Virus record (IMG/VR): IMGVR_UViG_3300032138_000002 | Span: 1-64,000 of that record | Length of the DNA stretch: 64,000 bases | DNA from: a virus | Taxonomy: Duplodnaviria > Caudoviricetes | Strand: one strand, 5' to 3' | In this document: in pieces, positions 55,503 to 63,193 of the stretch | How positions within the stretch are numbered: position 1 is the stretch's first letter | How the letters are laid out: each line of letters begins with the position of its first letter | The notes under the pieces: model-generated | Seen by the model: only the letters and a program-made list of their open reading frames with translations | Databases searched by the model: none | What the model was told of the DNA's origin: nothing | Position numbers and translations under genes: made by a program

Positions 55503-56822
55503 CTACCCCTGGAATATCGGCAGGGGCATGCGTTCTTGAACCTTCACAACCGCTTCTGACTTGACCGCGGCCTCTTGAGCCATCTTTGTATATGTCAGTT
55601 CGTCCAGAATGGCTTTGAGTTCATCACGTAAAGAAGTTTGCTCATCCTTTGCCTGACCTAATAGGGCGTCACCGTTTAAACTCAGATTGCTTCCGGGAAT
55701 TGGTATCTGTCCAAACTTACTCCGGATTTGACCCAACATCCCTTTACAGATAGAAAGGGCGAACCGGCGGATCCATTGTTTACCAATAGAATTGATTTCT
55801 TCATATTTAAGATTTTTAAATGGCAAGTTGTTCATATTATTGACGCCGTTTACGTTGTTAAGCCGATTGGCGTCTTCTTCCCATGGCTCGTTCTCATTTG
55901 AAATAACAAATTCAACCCACATTTTCTTGGGACCCACTGTCGTAGTTAAGGGGAAAATTCTCAATTTATTATTTTTCAATTCATAGGAATACTGTGAGTT
56001 GCGTGTGTATATTGCGTCTTCAAAGGCCGCGGCTTGGAGTTTATTTTGCCAGACAGGAACGATTTGAAATTGAGAATCATCAGCCCACTGGCCGTAGTTC
56101 TGTAGGTTTCCTACGGTGTTAAGCCCTCCATAGTATCCAAAAAACCTCCACATTGCTTGAGGGGTTTTATAATAAACTTTACGAATGAGCAATCGATTAT
56201 CGCCTACCTTATTATAATAAGGAAGTGTGCTATCAGAATCGGCACTAGAAGATATAATACTTTGAAGATCGTAATCTTGAACCGATGCCGTAGTATTAAA
56301 TGAGGCGGAATAAACTGTCTCATAGCCGTTTAGATTCACCTCATTAGAAGTTGCTTGTCCGTATTTTCTTTCGTAGGCAAATGTAATGTTTGGAAACTTC
56401 GCACCTACATTGGACCCCATATAGTTGTCGTCTCCGAGACTTAAGCTCGAAGAAAGGCTTCCTGATTTATATTCACCTTTGCTATCGAAACTTCCTGTCT
56501 GAGAGCCTAATAAATCTGACAACGAATTCTTAGATTGGTGAAGATTCATCAAATAAGAATATTCGAGAACTGCCTCTTCGTAGGCCGCATAAACCTGGTT
56601 TTCGGTGATCTCAATATCTAAAATCTCCCCACCCAATTTTTTATAAACATATGCAACCTGGTCTTGGGCTCCTGTAATAAAGTCCAAACTTCCAGTGTAC
56701 ATCCCGAAAACTATTCCGTTTTCGACTTGCGTGCCGCCGGTGGCTTGACCGACGAAGGTGCCGCTTGCAGGAAGCGTAATAGAGCTAGTAACGCTCGATG
56801 GGGATAAGTTGACTGTCGACAT
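55503..56822 (-). CDS. Neck/adaptor protein (T4 gp13-like)
   Basis: KLG..LDIEITENQ..EEA, WIRRFAL..K..LG.IRSKF..IP..LNGD.L. Confidence 0.8.
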   Translation of the reverse strand: MSTVNLSPSSVTSSITLPASGTFVGQATGGTQVENGIVFGMYTGSLDFITGAQDQVAYVYKKLGGEILDIEITENQVYAAYEEAVLEYSYLMNLHQSKNSLSDLLGSQTGSFDSKGEYKSGSLSSSLSLGDDNYMGSNVGAKFPNITFAYERKYGQATSNEVNLNGYETVYSASFNTTASVQDYDLQSIISSSADSDSTLPYYNKVGDNRLLIRKVYYKTPQAMWRFFGYYGGLNTVGNLQNYGQWADDSQFQIVPVWQNKLQAAAFEDAIYTRNSQYSYELKNNKLRIFPLTTTVGPKKMWVEFVISNENEPWEEDANRLNNVNGVNNMNNLPFKNLKYEEINSIGKQWIRRFALSICKGMLGQIRSKFGQIPIPGSNLSLNGDALLGQAKDEQTSLRDELKAILDELTYTKMAQEAAVKSEAVVKVQERMPLPIFQG

Positions 56823-56840
56823 ACATGTGTTCCTCTAGTG

Positions 56841-56848
56841 TAAATAGT
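56841..56848 (-). promoter_or_regulatory. Putative late promoter motif ACTATTTA
   Basis: Directly after a terminator, about 19 nt before the neck gene. Confidence 0.72.
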
Positions 56849-56854
56849 TTTATC

Positions 56855-56892
56855 AAAAAGAAACCCCCCCTCTCACGAATGAAAAGGGGGGC
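56855..56892 (-). terminator. Rho-independent terminator
   Basis: CCCCCCUUUUCA-UUCG-UGAGAGGGGGG followed by a U-rich tract. Confidence 0.85.
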
Positions 56893-56924
56893 CATAATTA
56901 AGAAATTATTATTGAGAACCTAAC

Positions 56925-57380
56925 TTAGGCTATCGTTGGGGTGTCGTTAAGCCATCCCTTGACGTACCATTTGGCTCCATCGCACCAAAATGACAGACTA
57001 TCGCCTACGGCAGCATTAGCTAGTGTAATACTGTCTGCAGCGTTAACCGCTAAGCGGTCGACGGGCGAAGCTGTTGAGTCATTCGCGTTATCGTAGATAG
57101 CACCGTTGCCAGTACCAGTAGGGAAGTTGATAACATGAGCAAATGCGGTTTCAGCGAAAACCTCAAAGTACAATCCCGATTCAACAGCCGGCAATGTAAT
57201 AGTAGAAGCATTGCTCCCTCCCAGCACAATGAGTGCGCCGGATTGGGATGGTGTTAAAGTTTCCGATGCTCCAGCGCCACTTAAGGTGACGACTTGCATC
57301 GAAGTTCGCTGTGTAGTTACGCCGGTACCCATTGTCATACCGGACATCCTTCTCAATAAATTAACTGATCTTTTAGACAT
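56925..57380 (-). CDS. Probable capsid decoration/minor virion protein
   Basis: TITLPA..GL.F..VGDSL..DG.KWYV beta pattern; own late motif; SD GGAGG before ATG 57380. Confidence 0.6.
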   Translation of the reverse strand: MSKRSVNLLRRMSGMTMGTGVTTQRTSMQVVTLSGAGASETLTPSQSGALIVLGGSNASTITLPAVESGLYFEVFAETAFAHVINFPTGTGNGAIYDNANDSTASPVDRLAVNAADSITLANAAVGDSLSFWCDGAKWYVKGWLNDTPTIA

Positions 57381-57450
57381 AATAAAAAACCCTCCTTTTG
57401 TTTGTTTCTTTAATTGAATGCATTCACAACCTGTAAAAGGGTGTGCATAG

Positions 57451-57457
57451 TAAATAG
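57451..57457 (-). promoter_or_regulatory. Putative late promoter motif CTATTTA
   Basis: Just downstream of the MCP terminator. Confidence 0.65.
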
Positions 57458-57479
57458 GTCGCAGTACAATGTTTATCAC

Positions 57480-57518
57480 AAAAAAAAGGCCCCTCAAGGA
57501 CGAATCCATGAGGGGCCT
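57480..57518 (-). terminator. Rho-independent terminator after major capsid gene
   Basis: AGGCCCCUCAUGGA-UUCG-UCCUUGAGGGGCC followed by U8. Confidence 0.9.
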
Positions 57519-57547
57519 GCTCTTTGAGAAGCATATTAAGTTATTAC

Positions 57548-59362
57548 TTAGACAAGATCTTGAATAACAACAAGGCCGTACATATCAGGACGTACCATCT
57601 TCTTCGCGTAACGGGTCATTACACCCTTACGAGGAACAAAGTCCTCGACACCGAAGATAGTTGGGGTCACCTGAAGTGGTACATATGGAGCATAAACATA
57701 ACCGCTCTCAAGGAACGAGTTACCCTTACGTCCAACAAGGACCACATTACGGGGGAAGTACGGATCTACATGTACATCCCACTTCTTGCTAAGAGAACCA
57801 ACTCTTACAGCACCAACGGAACCGCGGTCGCCGTCACCAGTGACGTCGGCACGGAAGCCCGAAGTGAACTCAAGAATGCTAGCAACCTCTGGGGAGCAAA
57901 CAATGAAGTTTGCACCACCACGAAGTGTCTTGCGGTGGATACGTGCGGAGACGTCATTAACTGTCTCACACAGCGTTTCATACCATTCAGACACTGTACC
58001 GGTGAAGTCAGGAGCGACAGTGGTTGCTCCAATTTCTGCACCAGTCTCGCGGTTAACGAACTTGCCAGCAGCACGGGACCAGTAGAGAGTTCCACCAGTT
58101 GCGCCCTTAATGAGGTCCTCAAGGATCTCACGGTCGATCTCCAAAGCGATCTGCTCTGAGAGAATACCAGTAAGTTCAACCTCTGCGTCGAGGTTGTGAT
58201 AAGCGTTGAGGTCCTGGCCAAGCTCGGGGGTCCACTTTGCCTTCAGCTTCTTGGTCATCGCAGTAACGGATACCGAATCAACTTTAATGTCGATCTCTGG
58301 AATTTGAGCGCTATTCTCCAATCCCCAAGTATTAGTACCAACTACAGCACCAATCGCCTCGGCAGAGCCAGCAGCAGGTGTGCCAGCAAAGTTGTCGTCA
58401 ATTGGGAAACCAAGGACGAAATTGAGGCCACTAGCTGAAAGACACGACAGGAGGTTTGTGGTCGCCGCCGCGCCGTTGGACAGGACCTGAGAACCAGTAG
58501 CTTCCCAAACCATCTTAATCTTGAAGACCGCATTTCCGGCGTTAGCACCGGTCGAGCCGGTAGAAACCGTTGTCAGGCGTCGTACGAGACGCCCTGGTCC
58601 AGTACCTGCCTGACTCAGTGAGGAATTTTGGTCCACGTTGATTGCAACCATATCGCGGATATTCAACTGGGCGAGCCCAGCAGCACCGGTCAACTCAGTA
58701 ATAGCAACTTGAGAGCCAGAAAGATCTGGATCAAACTGACACAACCTGTCCAAGATATCTTGATTAGCTTGAGAGAGTGGGTAGTCTCCACCACCGCCGC
58801 CCACACCAACGGTACCGGAAGCGATGTGTCCCATTCCGCCGGCCCCGCGAGTGTCGCCCTGGAGGACGAAGGATGCGGTTGGGGATGCATAACCTTGATT
58901 AAGGTTATAGAAACTGTCACTAGCCGTATCGCCGGTGAGTGTTACACCACCAGTGATTTCCTGACCAACAACTCCACCACCATAAAGTGATTCATCGACA
59001 GACGCCCACAAACGTGGGGTAGCGCTATCGATTGTGAAATCGAGGAAGAATACGAGACCAGATGGAAGGCTCATTGGTTGAACACTAACAAGGTCATTCG
59101 CGATGAGGCTACCGAAAACACGGCGGACGAGAGGGAATGCTACTGCAGCAAATCCTTCTACATCACCCTGTGCCATGGTAGACGCTTCGCGGAGAAGCTC
59201 TTTAGCTTGGTTCTCAAGCAAGCGAGCCATACAGTTTTTGTGACTATCGTTACCGACACCTTCAAGAAGACCGGTCTTTTCCCATTTTGAAATGAGAGCA
59301 GCACCTTCCTTTTGTAAGTCGCGGTTAACGATGCCTTCAGTAAGTTTTTCTAAAACAGACAT
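57548..59362 (-). CDS. Major capsid protein (T4 gp23 family) with large insertion domain
   Basis: KW..LLEG, LLENQ, PLVRRVF, VQPMSLPSGL.F, KLKAKWT.E..QDL.AYH.LDAE.EL, YAPYVPL, G.MTRY. Confidence 0.95.
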   Translation of the reverse strand: MSVLEKLTEGIVNRDLQKEGAALISKWEKTGLLEGVGNDSHKNCMARLLENQAKELLREASTMAQGDVEGFAAVAFPLVRRVFGSLIANDLVSVQPMSLPSGLVFFLDFTIDSATPRLWASVDESLYGGGVVGQEITGGVTLTGDTASDSFYNLNQGYASPTASFVLQGDTRGAGGMGHIASGTVGVGGGGGDYPLSQANQDILDRLCQFDPDLSGSQVAITELTGAAGLAQLNIRDMVAINVDQNSSLSQAGTGPGRLVRRLTTVSTGSTGANAGNAVFKIKMVWEATGSQVLSNGAAATTNLLSCLSASGLNFVLGFPIDDNFAGTPAAGSAEAIGAVVGTNTWGLENSAQIPEIDIKVDSVSVTAMTKKLKAKWTPELGQDLNAYHNLDAEVELTGILSEQIALEIDREILEDLIKGATGGTLYWSRAAGKFVNRETGAEIGATTVAPDFTGTVSEWYETLCETVNDVSARIHRKTLRGGANFIVCSPEVASILEFTSGFRADVTGDGDRGSVGAVRVGSLSKKWDVHVDPYFPRNVVLVGRKGNSFLESGYVYAPYVPLQVTPTIFGVEDFVPRKGVMTRYAKKMVRPDMYGLVVIQDLV

Positions 59363-59386
59363 TTTAATACTCCTTTTGTATATCGT

Positions 59387-60466
59387 TTAAGATTTGTTAA
59401 TCCCGGCTAAAGTTTTCCAGCGATTAGACACTGTATCTTTAACGGGTTTTTCCTCGCGACGAGGAATTGTTGTTGAAGGGCGGCTGACAGCCTCGCTCAG
59501 TGATTGTGGCTTCGATTTTGTTTCTTGGCCCACGGCGCTTTGAAGTGTGTCATAAATAACCTTTGTTTCTTCAACGGACGAAGTGCTGGATAAGGACTCG
59601 ACAATTTTTGATTTTTGTCGCTCATTCAAGGAGGTGCTACCCAAAACTTTGTTTGTGTAATAAAGCTGAGCGTTGGTTAAATTAACCTCTTCTAGCTTTA
59701 CTTTAATTTTTGATAACAAAGAGGTGAGATTATTATTGTTCTCAATAATTTCATCTTTCTTTGCTGTCAAAGTTTTAATTTGCTCTTCTAACTCAAGCTT
59801 CTCTGTGGAAGCGAGTTGAACAGCGTGTCTCAATTCTTCTGCATCATATGGATTGGTTTCGACTGCATCAGATCCGTCTTCCCACTCTGTAGCATCTACA
59901 GCAAGACGAGCTTTGAGCGCATCCTCTAAATATCTCTCGCGTGTTGTATTGGTGCCACCACCAGGGGTGCCACTCGGTACAGGATTTAGATTTAAAGTTA
60001 CCTTTTCCATAATTTGCGCAATCAGTTCTTCGGGAATATCCAAGTCAACGTCTTCTTGGAGAGAGAGGTTAAGATCTATCTCTTCCTCATCTTCTTCTTC
60101 GTCTTCGTCTTCGAGGCCGGCCTCAATTTCACCAGCTAAAGCCTCAGGGTCTTGCATTTGGTTATCCAGATCGGCTGCGATAGCGTCAAGGTCAATCGTA
60201 ACCTTACCACCTTCTTCAGGGCACGCACACAGATTTTCACCATCCGTATCTGCGCGGGGTACGTCAGCAAAGTCTGCTGCGACATCAACTTCAGCGTCGC
60301 CAATATCTGTCATGCCAGCTTCGTCTTCGGGTTGTTCAAGCAGGCTTTGTACGGCCGTTTTCACTTCCTCAGAATATTTTTCAATTATATTCTGTTCTGC
60401 ATTTTTAAGTGCAGCTTCGCGTAGAGCCTCTGCGTCGACGATGGCTTGTTCTAGCATTTTTGACAT
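59387..60466 (-). CDS. Prohead core scaffold protein
   Basis: Acidic coiled coil directly upstream of MCP, many L-x-E sites, C-terminal RWKTLAGI; start MSKMLEQ at 60466. Confidence 0.75.
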   Translation of the reverse strand: MSKMLEQAIVDAEALREAALKNAEQNIIEKYSEEVKTAVQSLLEQPEDEAGMTDIGDAEVDVAADFADVPRADTDGENLCACPEEGGKVTIDLDAIAADLDNQMQDPEALAGEIEAGLEDEDEEEDEEEIDLNLSLQEDVDLDIPEELIAQIMEKVTLNLNPVPSGTPGGGTNTTRERYLEDALKARLAVDATEWEDGSDAVETNPYDAEELRHAVQLASTEKLELEEQIKTLTAKKDEIIENNNNLTSLLSKIKVKLEEVNLTNAQLYYTNKVLGSTSLNERQKSKIVESLSSTSSVEETKVIYDTLQSAVGQETKSKPQSLSEAVSRPSTTIPRREEKPVKDTVSNRWKTLAGINKS

Positions 60467-60500
60467 GTCACATTCTCCATAAACTGATTGCAATCAAAGA

Positions 60501-60508
60501 TAAATAGT
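60501..60508 (-). promoter_or_regulatory. Putative late promoter motif ACTATTTA
   Basis: Upstream of the scaffold-MCP unit. Confidence 0.72.
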
Positions 60509-60533
60509 CATTATTAAAGTAAAACACCCATTC

Positions 60534-60950
60534 TTAAAAAGAAGAACAACCGGCTTTTAGATCATCGTCGACGTGAAGGGCTGCGTCAACTTGAAAATAA
60601 ATCTTGTCGCAGCCGGCGATTTCAAAGATCTCGTAGTTGTTTCCATTGGAGGTCATAGTCACCGGGTTGTTGTTACTCGCCGTAAGAGGCGCCCACTGTG
60701 CGAAGGCATGGTTATACCCCCAAACAGTTAAGGTACGGGGGTCACTATCCCCCTTAGCTCGGAACAATATATGTAAGAATCGCTGGTTGTCCGTGGTATA
60801 CCCCTGATTTAAACCAATTGGTTTACCACCCGCACCGCTGGGGTCACTGTGTGAAGATGTTACCTCGGCACCAAAAGGACCTGCCAAATTAGTTATTTGC
60901 CGTGTTCTTTGTCCTTTAGGCCTATAGTTCTTATCATATGCATCACCCAT
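60534..60950 (-). CDS. Hypothetical virion-associated protein
   Basis: ORF track; SD AGGAG; late motif at 60982-60989 overlapping the bS21 stop. Confidence 0.7.
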   Translation of the reverse strand: MGDAYDKNYRPKGQRTRQITNLAGPFGAEVTSSHSDPSGAGGKPIGLNQGYTTDNQRFLHILFRAKGDSDPRTLTVWGYNHAFAQWAPLTASNNNPVTMTSNGNNYEIFEIAGCDKIYFQVDAALHVDDDLKAGCSSF

Positions 60951-60980
60951 TGTATTCTCCTAAGTCAATGATATCTCTTT

Positions 60981-61199
60981 TTAAATAGTATCTCTTTCTC
61001 GTTTTAGCTTATCTAAAACTTTTTTTCGTTGCTTCTGCGCTCTTTTCTTTTTTACTGAAGGTTTCTCGTAGCGCATTCGGTCTCGGACATGCTGCAATAT
61101 GCCCTCTTTTTTGACCTTGCGCGAAAACCTTTTCAGTGTTCTTTCAATAGCTTCGTTGTGTCGTGGTCGAATTTCAACATTAACCGGGCGGTTGCTCAT
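60981..61199 (-). CDS. rpsU: 30S ribosomal protein bS21 (phage-encoded)
   Basis: E.IE..LKRF.RKVKKEGIL..VR.R..YEKPSVKKKR signature. Confidence 0.9.
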   Translation of the reverse strand: MSNRPVNVEIRPRHNEAIERTLKRFSRKVKKEGILQHVRDRMRYEKPSVKKKRAQKQRKKVLDKLKRERDTI

Positions 61200-61624
61200 T
61201 TTTTACCTTCTAGCAAAGCGTTCCACACTCTTTTGTTGTCACCCATCAAGCTTGAGATGTCGACGCCGGCGTCGCTGGGGTCTGTTCCTGTCATGGACCC
61301 GTGCTGAGCGCCCGTATCTCCCCTCATCGGAGTGGTTCCTTCAAAGAGGTCGACGCCGTTATAAGCGGAATTTCCGATAGCATCCAACATTTGTTTGCGT
61401 GTTTCTTCAATTTTGGTTCGCCGGCGAGTTTGTTCCTCGGATATAAGTGTTTCGTCCACCGGGGCGGCTTTGGGTTTTTGAGGAGCCTCAACTATAGGCT
61501 GTGTGCCTAGACCTTTTACCACTTCCGAGACGACGGTGGATAAAAACCCCTCTTCGATGAGGGCTTCTTGAATACATTCTTTAACGAGGGGCTTAAGAAT
61601 ATTTTTTAATTCTGATTTTTTCAT
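61196..61624 (-). CDS. Hypothetical head-module protein
   Basis: MKKSELKNILKPLVKECIQE leader; coupled between protease and bS21. Confidence 0.75.
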   Translation of the reverse strand: MKKSELKNILKPLVKECIQEALIEEGFLSTVVSEVVKGLGTQPIVEAPQKPKAAPVDETLISEEQTRRRTKIEETRKQMLDAIGNSAYNGVDLFEGTTPMRGDTGAQHGSMTGTDPSDAGVDISSLMGDNKRVWNALLEGKK

Positions 61625-62232
61625 GTGCTTCGTAATATATCGTTTAAGGCGCGGTTAATTCGGTCTGCTTTTGTAAACACTTTATCTAAATTTAGATCCT
61701 TCCCCTCGGTCATCATAAATGCCCCGGGGGTCGATGGCTCAGAAACAAAATCAAAACATATTAATTGGAAGTCATCTTCCACGATTGTTTGCCCTTGCGA
61801 TTCAGACACCGATCCTAATCCACGGGAAGAAATACCAAGTTTCACCCCTGACTGGACTAGTGAACTGAGAATTTGGCCCGATGGGGTGTCAAGCACTTGT
61901 ACTTTTCCCATGAGCGCATTTTCCTGCCACCAAACTTCTGTAATAAGGTGGGACGCGTTCGCTAGGTTAATAATTTCATTGTCCGGATGGTCTAGTTCGC
62001 CTAGGGCGCGTCGTTCATCTACGAGTTTGGAATAAAGATCTGCTTCTCGGCGAAGCACGCCCTCAGGGTATACGCGGCGGTTGCCGTTTTCAACTCCGTA
62101 ACGTTGCATTACGCCTGTTAAAAAGGTAGCCTTTCCTTCTTTGACGAGCTTTTTCTCAGCTTCGGTAAGAAAGTCTTGACAGACGCCTCCATCGCAAAGC
62201 TCATAAAATTCTCTTAATAAATATTTACTCAT
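61621..62232 (-). CDS. Prohead core protease (T4 gp21 family)
   Basis: NGNRRVYP, ALGELDHP, ASH, TPSG, GISSRGLGS, DFVSEPSTPGA; start MSKYLL at 62232. Confidence 0.93.
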   Translation of the reverse strand: MSKYLLREFYELCDGGVCQDFLTEAEKKLVKEGKATFLTGVMQRYGVENGNRRVYPEGVLRREADLYSKLVDERRALGELDHPDNEIINLANASHLITEVWWQENALMGKVQVLDTPSGQILSSLVQSGVKLGISSRGLGSVSESQGQTIVEDDFQLICFDFVSEPSTPGAFMMTEGKDLNLDKVFTKADRINRALNDILRST

Positions 62233-62234
62233 CG

Positions 62235-62303
62235 TCACGAACCTTTGCAGCAACGTCTAACTGGCTGTAACATCCACTTGTGTGTATATGCGCTTGTTTT
62301 CAT
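62235..62303 (-). CDS. 22-aa peptide MKTSAYTHKWMLQPVRRCCKGS
   Basis: Fills the gap exactly: ATGA overlap with upstream stop, SD GGAG, stop 2 nt before the protease ATG. Confidence 0.5.
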   Translation of the reverse strand: MKTSAYTHKWMLQPVRRCCKGS

Positions 62304-62614
62304 TCGTATGATCTCCCAATTTTAATTCCACTATCGTCTATAATCATGTTGAGAGCATAGGAAGTTCCGGCGCTCAAAGACCCTAAAAGTAAAAAATTAA
62401 CAAAATTATAGTCAAAATTAAATAGTTCCGTGAACTTGTTTATACCACACAGAAATACGCCCACCCAAAATCCGGTGCACATACAACAGTGCAAAAGCTC
62501 GCAGATCCAATCTGATTTGGCTGAGAGATATTCTCTTGTGGGCTGCATAATACGACTATACACGATTATAGACGTCATACCATAAGAGCATAAAACAAAA
62601 TATAGAAGAGCCAT
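62300..62614 (-). CDS. Small membrane protein with CxxC-x-x-FW motif
   Basis: Three hydrophobic segments; LLHCCMCTGFWVG. Confidence 0.7.
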   Translation of the reverse strand: MALLYFVLCSYGMTSIIVYSRIMQPTREYLSAKSDWICELLHCCMCTGFWVGVFLCGINKFTELFNFDYNFVNFLLLGSLSAGTSYALNMIIDDSGIKIGRSYE

Positions 62615-63193
62615 CTATTCCTCGTAACGATAGAAAGAAGTCATTCCATAGGGGCCACGAATATATCCTGGGCGTAAGGAACCCTGTCTCTCTCTTTCTG
62701 GGACTTCTCCTAAGTCAGTAGAATCCATGTCATCAGGGTCGGTAAGATCATCCACCCATTCCTCTTCTAGGTCATGATATTTACGGAAATACGGCTTCTC
62801 TTCTTTAATAAATTCAGTTATCATTGAGAGGACCACCTGGGGAGCACTTACCCCCTCTTCGTTTGGTGTGGCAATCGTCCCTTCGATCGATCCGTATACG
62901 GCGCCGCCTCTTACAGTTTCGGGCATAATAACCCCTTTCTTGCGAAGAAAATAAAAGAAACGGTCTTGAGTGGCATAAATTCTATCTTCCATCAAATCTT
63001 TAGGAAAAGTTATAACCGTATTAGAAGAGGGGACAATTACAATATCAATATCCTGGTGGTCAAAAACCATCAGGTTACCATCCAGTGTGCGGCGAGCATC
63101 TAAGCGTACGCGTGCTTGTATTTCCTTTTCCGGCGTTTCTCCGGAAGGTGGAGCCTCATCGGCCGGCTTTCCTACGGTGATATTAATTGCCAT
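62615..63193 (-). CDS. Hypothetical head-module protein
   Basis: ORF track; acidic C-terminus. Confidence 0.75.
   Translation of the reverse strand: MAINITVGKPADEAPPSGETPEKEIQARVRLDARRTLDGNLMVFDHQDIDIVIVPSSNTVITFPKDLMEDRIYATQDRFFYFLRKKGVIMPETVRGGAVYGSIEGTIATPNEEGVSAPQVVLSMITEFIKEEKPYFRKYHDLEEEWVDDLTDPDDMDSTDLGEVPERERQGSLRPGYIRGPYGMTSFYRYEE

Noticed and set aside
382-62035. All plus-strand ORFs in the track (e.g. 17218-17787, 53453-54004, 57524-58159, 59853-60482)
   Set aside because: Each lies antisense to a well-supported minus-strand gene, has no recognisable motifs and shows shadow-ORF composition (Ser-rich opposite acidic proteins).
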